This document shows positions 1-10,900 of a stretch of 64,000 bases of DNA, in pieces. The notes under the pieces are model-generated. The model saw nothing but the letters and a program-made list of their open reading frames with translations, did no database searches and was not told the origin of the DNA. The translations under genes and the position numbers were made by a program. The DNA is taken from contig MU006108.1 in the NCBI GenBank assembly GCA_010093705.1, positions 1-64,000 of the forward strand. Direction: 5' to 3'. Numbering within the stretch: position 1 is the stretch's first letter; every line of letters begins with the position of its first letter. Source of the stretch: Patellaria atrata CBS 101060 (taxonomy: Eukaryota).

Positions 1-880
1 AAGCCTAGCTACGTAATCTCCAAATCAAGGCGAACATAACGATACTACCTACGTCAGATATAAAATAAGAGATGACATCAAAAGAGTGAGCTAATGTTAT
101 AGTTTTGGTGATACTTAACCGATAAGTCGGAGCTGAGCATTTAGCTCTGAAGATCTCCAACACGAACTCCTGGAGATCCTGACGATCTTCCAACATAAGG
201 CTATCGGGGATCAGCCATCTGACACGTCTTTCTCACTAGGGGCGCGGTTCCTGTATATCTCGCCTGGAAGGTAGCGTCCCTAGATGGCCATTGCACATAC
301 AGACAAACACGGTGCCGCCAGCGTAAAGGTGGCCCGCTGAAGAGTTTTTAATTTAGTAGGGAGGTTATGTACTTTACTATGGGTGCCGTACGTATATGTA
401 TCTATTATAACGTGAGGGGTATATGGGATAATAACCTCTCTAACTAAGTAGCGGGTGTCATTAGTAGCGGAGAGTAGGGTAAAAGTGGCATAAAGCTGCG
501 GACGGCGGCGGAGATGGAGTAGCTCGTTGGTCGAGAAGGGGATAGCATGCCCTGACTCGGCCACTGAGCTATATTTATGTACCTCCCCTCCGCTCTATCG
601 TAAGTTTACTACACTCGGTAACTAGATCTGATGTGAATTCTAACGCTAAGTAAAGCTAAAGATAAAGCCGAAGATGAAGCCGGACGTAGAGCTGAGAACA
701 AAACGCGAGTGCAAGCTATTCGACTAGAAGAAGTCGATAGACTGGCGAGTTGATAAAGAGGACGATGCTGCCCAGGCCGATATAGTTCTAGGAGGCTATT
801 ACTGCTATTACACTTGGTCTTTCCACTTTGATATAATGTAGCTCTACACGATGTATCTCAAGGACGAATTTGAACTCATA
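1..880. repeat. Probable RIP-degenerated repeat or gene relic
   Basis: TpA-rich sequence with many TAA/TAG triplets alternating with GC-rich, coding-like patches; no intact or recognisable ORF; family not identifiable by eye. Confidence 0.3.
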
Positions 881-1030
881 ACGAAGTTATGACAGCCATG
901 AGACTAAAATATCCAAAGGGGACTCAAGCAGCATTCTTTCGGCTGAAGAATGGGGCAGGATTCTTCAAGTCATACTCTAAGAGAATTGGAAAGGATACTG
1001 AAGGGAAATGTTTTGGAGACTGCTACCATT
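880..1030 (+). mobile_element. Fragment resembling the C-terminal end of a Tad1-like LINE ORF2
   Basis: Translation QAAFFRLKNGAGFFKSYSKRIGK...KC resembles the post-RNase H 'AFxQLKxGHGYxKxYLxRIGK...C' region of fungal LINE ORF2. Confidence 0.45.
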
Positions 1031-1112
1031 GGAGCCTTATTAATCAATACGATCAACTGAGCTGTGAGCAGTTGGGACATGCCTTATACAGTTATCTCAG
1101 TATGAGTAGCAT

Positions 1113-3001
1113 TTAATGGGTATGCTCATGCATATGCCCTTCATGATCCTCAAGATTATCATCATCAATCCAGTCCTGAAAGCCATCCTCAAAAGCCTTG
1201 GCCAATTTCTCATACTTCATCTCTCTCTCACTTGAGCCGCTACCATTCGACTCTTCACCATTCATCATGATTCCTTGCCATGATCCCCACTCCTTATCAT
1301 CTAAAAGACATTTATCAAGCTCATTCTGTACTCCCTTGATATCTAAATTCTCGCCAATAAACACTAATTCCTGTCTCCGATCACCCCAAATACCACCAGC
1401 CTCCATATCATATTCCACCAATTCATCAATCTCCCTGTTTCCAGTCTTCCATTCCACAGGATGAGTGACGCAGAACCAAGGCCGTCCGCCTCGTAAAGTA
1501 AGCATAGCACCAGCTTGCGACCATTCGCCAGCGCGATCGGGGCGGGTCGCTAACCAGATTTCACCTTTTGAGCGAAATAGTTTTGCAAATAGAGGGTGGG
1601 AGGATTTGTTGGCGAGGATGGTTGCGTTGCTTGGAAAAGAGGGGGCGGGATCGCCTTCATCATCTTCATCGTCATCGTCATCGTCTTCGTCTTCATCCTC
1701 ACCGGATTCCTCGGCAGCTTCGGTCATATGAACATCTTCGTCTTCGGCTACTTCTTCATCATCATCCAGCTGCTGTTGGAGGATGAATTTATCATACACC
1801 AAGTTGAACAATCGACGAGGATGAAACGGTCGACGACGGGTGTACACAAAGTTGCGCACGTTGTATCTACAAGGTATTATTATTAGCTTGTTCAAAACTC
1901 CGAACATCAAATAAATGAAACTTACTCTTCTGTCTCGGGCTTTGGTGTGACCATCTTCTTCCCGTTGACCTCTCGCAATGTCATCTCATGCAGATCCTGT
2001 AACCACCCATATCCTGTCTGCGCCAGCTCCATATTAAACAGTCCCGTGTTTACGATCTGCTTAACCTCAATTTTACCGAATTCACTCTCCAGCACTTTCG
2101 CGCGGTGATTCAACTTTACGATGAGGTCTTTGATCCTGCGTTTGGTGTCTTTGCTGACCATGTCCAATTTGTTGAGAACGATAACATCGGCAAATTCGAT
2201 CTGGTCCACCATGAGATCAGAAATTGTCCGCTCATCTTCGGGAACAACGTCATCTCGCCGTGAAGACAACAATTCGTCAGTCTGGAAGTCGTTAAAAATT
2301 GTAAAAGCATCAACCACCGTAACCGTCGTATCCAGTCTCGCAAACTTCTCCAGCCCACCAGCATCCTTCAATCTTTCAAGTGCAGCAAGCATCGCCTCAT
2401 CCAGTCCTTGTCCTCCAGCACCAGCTCCTCCAACAGCGGCTAGTTGTTCCGCCAACCTCGTGTCAAATGTTTCAGCAACTTGCTCCGGCTCGCTAATCCC
2501 GCTACTCTCTATTATGACATAATCAAATTCGGCGAGCTCAGAGAGACGGATTAATTCCTCAAGTAGGTCACCGCGGAGGGTACAGCAAATGCAACCGTTC
2601 TGGAGGGCCACGATTTTCTCTTCTGTTTTGGTGAGGAGATGGGTACTGCGAATGAGGGATGCATCCACATTGATACTTGGGAAGCTGCGTTAGTGGAAAT
2701 CTATCATGTGAAGGATACTCTAGACTCACGAGCCAATATCATTGACGATTACAGCGATACGTAGGCCATGGTCGCTGCGTAGGACATGCTGTAAAAGCGT
2801 GGTCTTTCCGCTTCCCTAGGTCAACGTTGTCAGCTTGTTCATTGATCATTGATCGATGCTGGGCTTTCTTACCAGAAAGCCAGAGAGTAAAGTAACAGGC
2901 AATGCTTTTATTTGTTCTCTCTTTGACTTTTCCGTCGCAGCAGCAAAGGACTTGACCTTGATGACGCCGTTCTGTTTTGTGATTGATCGCGTGGCAACCA
3001 T
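1113..3001 (-). CDS. COG0523/CobW G3E-family GTPase metallochaperone, YciC/ZagA-like (~572 aa, 4 exons: 3001-2873, 2815-2730, 2675-1926, 1866-1113)
   Basis: Walker A LPVTLLSGFLGSGKTT across intron 1; VIVND; metal motif NGCICC; IESSGISEP; NKLD; CobW_C motifs RRPFHPRRL, RSKG, WSQAG, WGDRRQELVFIG; acidic insert; His-rich tail HEGHMHEHTH; GT-AG introns join in frame. Confidence 0.93.
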
Positions 3002-3129
3002 TTTTGCTCTGTCCTTGTTGCTTTACAGTAACAGCGAAAGAGCTTCATATCTTTTCCTTTTCTCTCAATCCCTTGTATCTTTGAATTATTTCTTTACTCA
3101 ATGTGGTCTTGTTGTAAAGCACGTGATAT

Positions 3130-3166
3130 ACCATCAGGGTATACCATCATGGTATTCCATCATGGT
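3130..3166. promoter_or_regulatory. Three tandem near-palindromic 11-mers with 13-bp period; candidate zinc-responsive elements in a bidirectional promoter
   Basis: ACCATCAGGGT (3130-3140), ACCATCATGGT (3143-3153), TCCATCATGGT (3156-3166); same ACC-N5-GGT geometry as the yeast Zap1 ZRE ACCTTNAAGGT; located between divergent ATGs at 3001 and 3268. Confidence 0.55.
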
Positions 3167-3267
3167 AGAACTACCATGCGTAAAGACCGTGTTTGCACGA
3201 TCCTCATGAAGTGAATTTTATATGTATGCCGGTACTTAGCTGCATCTTTTGCTTGCCGTATAACAGC

Positions 3268-4776
3268 ATGAGGGTTTTCCTGCTTATTCTGTGGTGCTGG
3301 GTGTGTTCGAGTAGTTCTAGTTCTACGTACAAGAACCTTGCTTTAGCAAGCTCTCATAATTCAGTAGATAGTTTTCTATCGGTACTGCCTTATCAATTTC
3401 TGTGTAACTATGTGCAAAAAAACAAGAACTCACTTTCACATAGGATGCTAAACCAGTCACCGTCGTGGTTACCCGCATCACAGTCTTGACAGCCCAAGAC
3501 CTAATCACACCGGATCAATCAGAGAGGCATAGAAAAGAAAAGAAACGTTTGCTTGAACAGCTTAATAAAAATGATAAAAGCTCACGAAACTCGCGCAACC
3601 GGCTACTGAAAGCGCTGCACGGCTTCTCACGATGCGGAGAGCGCAATTTGGCAGAGCTCAAACGATGGAAGAGCCATTATGGACACGTTCCGAGGCATCA
3701 GAAGAAAGTGCGCGTGCCTTACTTATCTTCTGTTAATTTCACTCACACCGGTATAGGTCTTAGAGCAAGCCGTCCGATATTCCGAAAAGTTGAACATCAA
3801 CGAGCAGCTCATCTGGAAAAATCACCAGCTCTGCGAAGAAATTGTACGCGCGGCGCTCGACTTCTACGACATCACCTCGAATGAGCTTGAGGGTTTCATC
3901 CATGAATCTGAGGCCAAATCTGAGCCAGCCGATCGGATAAGTGTGAGCCAGGCTTTGAAACATTATGTTCGAGATTGGTCGGGTGAAGGCGCGCACGAAA
4001 GAAAAACATTCAGCTGTATTCTCAACACCCTAGCCGTCTATGCTCCACCACTCGAGCAGCGCATTAGCAACCCGTTGCGAGTCCTTATCCCAGGAGCTGG
4101 CTTGGGTCGACTTGGATTTAACATTACTGCGCTCGATGGTACGTACTATACATACTCTCCCAGACCCTATGTTCCAGCCCGCTTATAGTAAGCTATTACA
4201 GGTTATGAAGTGACAACTAATGAATGGTCTATGTTCATGAACGTTGCATACCGATTCCTCGAGTCGCGACCGAACGCTGGTCAGCATGTCTTTTATCCAT
4301 TCATAGACAGTTGGTCTCATCATGCAACCACCGCTGACCTGCAAAGAAATGTAACATTCCCGGATCAGAGGCTGGACACCTCCTCAGTGTTGCTTGTTGA
4401 AGGCGACTTCACGACAGCGTTCCAAGGCTCCAGAGATAGCTTCGACTTCATCGTTACACATTTTTTCATCGATACAGCAAGGAACCTCATGAGCTATCTG
4501 GAAACGATACACACGACCCTTCGAAAAGGTGGTTACTGGATAAATTCTGGCCCGCTTCTATACGGTTCTGGACCGTGGGTGCAGTTATCGCTGGATGAGA
4601 TCATCGCCGTCTCCGAACATCTTGGATTTGAATTTCTTGAGATGGGGCCGACATGCGGTGAGAGCACGTTTCCAGGGAAAAAAGTGAGATGGATAGCCGG
4701 TATATACGGGTCGAATGAGCGAGCCCTTAATATTAATGGGTACAGAGTTCAGTCCTGGGTGGCCAGGAAGAAGTAA
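3268..4776 (+). CDS. N2227-family (carnosine N-methyltransferase/CARNMT1-like) SAM-dependent methyltransferase (~444 aa, exons 3268-3381, 3444-3707, 3757-4138, 4202-4776)
   Basis: Family motifs LKHYVRDWSGEG, VLIPGAGLGRL (SAM motif I), NEWS, YPF, GDF, VTHFFIDTARN, GGYWINSGPLLY, LSLDEI; all introns GT-AG and frame-preserving; hydrophobic N-terminus MRVFLLILWCWVCSSS. Confidence 0.9.
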
Positions 4777-4934
4777 TCATGGACTGGTGAAGCTCATAAC
4801 AGCAAGCTCATCTAGAATACAAGGAACACCAACACCTGTAAACACTGCAAACACCGCAAAAGTCCAAATTACTGCCTACGACTGTAATATGTATCGAAAC
4901 CTCGATAGGGGTTGTACTCATCAAAAGCTTACCC

Positions 4935-7900
4935 TTAACATTCACTCTCTCCAAAATCAGATTGAAGAAGTAACTGTCCATCCAGTATCATCCCAATATG
5001 TGTCTTGTCAATTGCCTCACAATCTCTCCGAATCTTTGTCATGAGCACCTTCAAAAATGTGACAGGACTGTCATGGAAACTAGATTTTGATTTGGATACT
5101 CCCCGGCCAGCGCCGTTTCGTAAAATGAAACCGTCAGTAGCAATAATGCAGTCCCCTTCAGCTTTTTCCCATGCGAGGCCCAGCAGCTCGCATAGTTCGA
5201 TGTACTCCGTGAACGAGTTGAGGTATAGTTGTCCCGCAAATAGATTCAACAGCACGAGAAGACGGCGGGGCAAGATCCTAGCCTCCCGCTGCGCAGGGAC
5301 AGTATATAAATCTAGTCGATCCAGAGAGCGGAAGCCCAAATTCGATCGCGGAGCGTAAAGGTGGAGTGTTACGATCTTAGATTGTCTAATAATCAACAGG
5401 AGCTCCTGTGCTTCATATGGACTGATGATAATCGCGTGCTTAACGGTATTGTTGCTTAGGTCACTGCTACCAGTGCTCGTAAGAACCCACTGGACCGGCC
5501 GTTGGTAAGCGTCTGAGGTATATGACTTGCCAGATATCAGAATCGTTCTGGCGAAGTCGGTTGTGACGAGGAGGTCCTGGGGAAATTGCGAAACGTCCAA
5601 ATGTGCGGCGCCGCTTGTGCTGCGGAGTGTTTGGAAGGCGGGCTGATGTGCTTTGGAGTTGCTGATAAGTGAACCCGTATTCACGAATGTAATCAGATCT
5701 GGGTGGATGCCATGCTTTGCAGATTCAGCGGGTGCAGGCCTCTGGACCTGTCGTTCTTGCTCAATCTCCGGGGATAACTCGCGCTCCTGTTCCTCCTGTA
5801 GTTTGGCGGAGTTGGCTTCCAAACTGCCAAATTCACGACAGCGCTCGAATATCAGTTGAAGATTTGTGTTTTGGCTGTTTTGTAAGGAAGATATTACGTC
5901 AATGCTATTATTTGGCCGATACCTATCCTTCAAAGACTGGGACTCGTCCTCAAGAAACTTTTTCGCTTGTTCCTTGGACATCTTTATCTTATTGTTAGTA
6001 CGATAATCAACCCAAAGTGTACTCTGATGTTCGAAACGTTGGCCTTGAATTGCCCAGAGAGGTATACTCCGTCGCATATCGATGCAAGTTTCTGAAACGG
6101 CCCAGCAGAGAATATCAGAAACTTCAATAGGCGCATCATCAGGCTTGATAGCGAGCCTCAGAATCTTGGTTTTGATCTCTTCCGGGACGCAGAAAACGAC
6201 TGACTGCCCTTTTCCAAGCTTTCTCATTCTCATACATGCTACTAAGATGTCAGCAGCGCTTACCAAACCGAGTGTGCAGACTCTCACCTTGAACTAATCT
6301 ATCTTTCGTTAAATTTGGTCCTAATGTAACGGCTGCCTTGTAGTATTCTGGCAATCTCAAATCTGTACCTCTAGTATGGGCTTCATCTAGGAATACGAGA
6401 CATACATCAAGTTGTTTGGCGAACGATGAGGTTTGTAAGGGCTCAATTTGTCCCTTACGGTTAAGGACAGTGAGCTCATCCTTATTATCAAAGAATACTA
6501 CTGCTTGTACTTTTTCATGATCAGGCATCCTCTTAAGCCACTGTATTGCAACCCCTAAATTACTAAGTTCAATAATTTGGGCCCCAACGTCAAGGATTAC
6601 TTGCGGCGGTGGGTTCATAGTTTTCACCATATCCAAGAGAAGTTCCGCCTCGGAATCAATAGTCCCTCCACTTGGTGGCATAAGCGCAATGGAGTTTTCA
6701 GGCTGGAGTAAATGCTCCAAGACCAGCGCATTGGTGTGATTCTGCTCTGGAAGATCAAGCTGTCTTACGAATAGTGGTAAGACTTGTCTTGCGTCATTTG
6801 TACCGCTAAAGCCAGTTGTCGGGTGTGATTTAATCCGGCCAATGTCCCAGCCTGATGCGGACAGTTTGTGTGGGAACTCCTTCATCTCCTTCGGGAAGAC
6901 GATGTGCCCCAAAAAGTAATCGATGACACTCTTAGCGTAGCGGAGAGGAGGAAATACTTGCTTGATACACTGTGAACGGTCCTTGAGACTGATACCAACC
7001 AACTGACGGAATGCTGGTGGTAGACTAGGAGCATCTTTGACCCACGCTTGAAATTCGATGTCTGCCTGGTCTGACTTTAGAAGGTGAGAAAAGGCTAAGA
7101 ATAGGTCATCGTCGTCGATCCCACCATAGTAGTAGCTTAAGGAAGTAAGAACAATAATAACATCAGGATGACTAAACTCTGATCGCGGTGTGGGATTGTC
7201 TTTAGCCCGGTATGGTACTGCAAGTTTTGTCATAGGCTGTCTGTTCGCATCAAGCCCATAATTGACTCGCCAGCGTTTCTGGCTGAACGAGAAAGCCAAC
7301 ACTCCTCCGGCAATGAGACCTCGCAGGAGAAGTAGGGGTTTGCGTGTTGTCTCCGTCAAAAATCCTCCTGAGTCGTTAGTTTCTACTCGGCCAATCTCAT
7401 CAGATGTGAGATTAGGCTCGGTGATGTATTTGAAGACAGCCTCTCTAACAGCTTCTGTCTGCCTGGCAATTGGAAATCCGTTGAATCCGGTCTCACAAAG
7501 GGATTTAGCAATGTGGCGGAAGATCAACTCTTGGGCATCGGATCCGAGGAATCGAGTTCGAGGGAAACCTCCTGGCCAACGCTCATTGACCTCTACGGAA
7601 AGGGGAAAATCCTTTGCTGCCCTTGGGGCAATCTGCCTAACCAATTCTAGCACCTTCTGAATGCAAACCCACCGCTCAGGGCCAAGCTCAATGGGGTGCT
7701 GCATGCCCATTGTGTAGATCAGCTCGAACTTCACACTAAAATTTTCATCACTCTCATCCACAATATCGCGAGTCGACTTATCGAAGTAGGTCTGTAGGCT
7801 TAATAGAGAAAGACCAATTCTCTTCTTGCCTGTGATGAGGCACTCGAGGCCCATTAGCTGAAAGGACAGAATGTGTTCGGGATGAACAAGGAGAACACCT

Positions 7901-10900
7901 CCATTTGTCATGCATTCCTGGCAGATACTGTAAATTGTGTTTATCTCTGCTTCTCCGAGCATAAGGGAACGAGAAAATGGGAGATGGTAGACTCGTCTAC
8001 TCAACAAACCTCCCAACTTAGAAACCAACATCTGAAACATCTGTCTAGATTGCGGTTTAGCCACGATGACACGAACCAGCCGAGAAGAGTCTGCGAGTGC
8101 TGCGGCCACCATAGGGACGATCACCGACGACTTTCCCTCACCCATGTTCAACTGCATTACCGCATTTCCGGCAGATTTAGGACCTCTCATCTCTCTAGCA
8201 ATTTGTTCCTGGACTTCTCGAATCATAATGCCGCTCTCAACTTCTAGGAGCAGAGATTCGGGATGTTGGGTAGGATCCCAATTGGTATGGCCAGGATTGC
8301 GGAGTTCTGTGATCAAATCTGCAGTGTGGTTTGATAGACTCATGAGACGCTCCGCTCGTTGAAATTCAACGAGAGCTAGAGCGTAGTGAACAAGACAGAG
8401 CTTCCAGTCGTTTGTTATCTTTTGCCACCGGTTGCGAGCGAGTTGTTGGAGAAGGAGGATAGGGGATAGTCGTGGCCACTGTTGAATGCTCGTAGCAACA
8501 GCTGAAGCTTTATGCCTCTGCTCGAGCAATAAGTTCTCGACTGTATCACCAGCGGTTACAGCACAGGATATAGCAGTATAAATCTTCTCGACATGCTCCT
8601 TGCAGAGATTCAGGTGATTGTGGAGAATTCCCTCGACATCGTCCGCCTTGGGCTCTAATGAATATTTCTTTCCCCAGCATTGTAAAGAGAGAAGGCTGTC
8701 CTGTAAACCCTTGGCGTAATTCCTCTCATAACTGGAGCAAGCCCGAGTGGCGATTCGATCTATCAATGAGGCGAGACGAGGGAATGTTTTGTCCGCATCA
8801 GGAGACGCAGACAAGAGGCCTGTCAAATTCTCCGTCCTAGGAGGCAATACCGGGGGAGAGAAATATTCAAAAATGTTATCGACACAGACGAAGCCACTTC
8901 TCCTCGAGATGGCCGGTAAAGGTGTGGTATATGAGTACGAGGGCATCTCCACCTCTTTAACCTCTTTCGGTCTGAGTGCATTCTCAATTTGGCCGAGATA
9001 ATTGTAAAATCGGTAATTGTGAAACCAGGTCTTGAACATTGGCCTCACTTTTTCCATGGCTTTACTCATATCCATATACGTGCTGAACCCATCATCAATT
9101 GGAGTAACGGGAATTTCGCAAGGCCATTGAGCTTTTAGTGCGCGCAAAAGTGCAGTGAGGGTATTCTCTTGATTGTTCGAAAATAGGTGTTGTCGGCGCG
9201 TGTTGAATGCATCCGCACGTTCCGATCGACCACGGGAGAGCCTTGCTTCAGGGCAAAGATAAAACGGGAGAAGGGCAGACCGCATAGCACATCTTAGTTC
9301 CGAGGTTTCTATCTTTGCACCTTGAGATAGGCGAAATGATGTAATTTCTGGGGGGCGGACCTGAACCATCTCGGGCATTGTGAAAAATGAGGCCAGTGTT
9401 TGAACAATCCTCCCGTCACTGTTTTCAGCGAACGCAAGCGTGGAGAGCCAGATCATCAGTTGGAACTTATCAAAACGAGGGTGTGCCTGACTAAATGTTT
9501 GGTGCAGAGTGCTCCAATACTTGGAGACAATTTCGCACGAATCTTGGAGCAACCTGGCATCATACCTTAACTCAGGGATTGGTGCCAGATGGTTTAGTCC
9601 TAGTATTTTGGGATTTCTTGAAAGAACACTCCACAAATGAGCTTTCAAGTCAGAAACTCTGTAGTGGACCGTCGTAAGTTCACGGAAAACGATGCTTGAC
9701 ATGACAAAAGCTTTGAAACCTCGTGCTGAGTTCTGCTCCCGATCCCTGGCTACATAAGTAGTATCGTGTTCTACGGTGTGGTCCTCGGCACCAAATCCTG
9801 AGACTCGAAACGTTGATGACCGGATACAATCGCGTTCCAGGAGTTCCGGATCAACGTGATCCAGGCTAGGTGGTTGGACATATGAATCTGGGTAAAATAT
9901 TTTTGTCTTGATAGCTTGGTCAAATATGATCTTGACACTCTTATAAAATCCACCGTGCTGTGCTAGGGATCTGAGTTTTGGTATCCACTCTACCGTTTGC
10001 ATGACACGTTCATTAGCTGGATAACATTTTCGTCCTGGTGTTAAAAGGGCGATTTTGTGAAGGATGTCAATGTTCTCATGTGTCAATCGATCGAATGATC
10101 TAACACCAGCAGATTCTAAGATTGAGAGTGCCTGTTCAGTCCCAGTTCTTTGTATAAGGGGATCGACCAGGCAGTGAGACGTGAGTGCATGGAGATAGCA
10201 TAGAAATAACTTGCTTTGCAAACTCCCATTTTCGATCAATCTACCGATCCGGTCATCTATGTAGTATGCATGGTATTTCGCAGCAGAAGTCTTGTCAATG
10301 ACAACGCGAATATGATGACCCTTCTCCTCGTACGATACACGACCTTGGGGTATTATAACAAGGCGACTGTTATTCTCCTCATGCTTTAGTATGAGCTTGT
10401 TATGAAGGCCAACTAGAGTATCAAGTGACTGAGATTTGTCGATACTCATTCCGCGGAATTGCCGGGACTGGATTGAAGATGCACCCGAATTCAAATGGAA
10501 CCCCAGCTGCAGCCTAGGAAGTTCAATCTCCAACGATGATGAAGATTGTAAGACGATATGTATCCGAAGCGGATCCTCAAGGGGAGAGAGTATCTTGGAG
10601 ATCACTCGTGCGGTCTTACATTTGACGCTGACCAAAGATGTCCCATCCTTCATCAGACGCCATTGGGCAAGAGGGTTTACTCTGGTCAATCTCCAATGGT
10701 TTGGAGATGAAGTCCAGGGCTCTTTGAGAGGACGGAACTCCACGCAGTCATTAGTCACGTCGTACCAATGCACAAAGTCCTCAGCGAATGCCACAGGAAG
10801 TTCCCCACCGAAAACCCAGGAGGGAATAAGTTCATATTTCCGGCCAAGTTCCACGGCTTGAACCAGGAGATCGTAGTCTTGTGTGTTCGGGTTGCTCGGG

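Noticed and set aside
3130..3166. CRISPR-like array
   Set aside because: Eukaryotic context, 11-bp units with 2-bp spacers; better explained as transcription-factor sites
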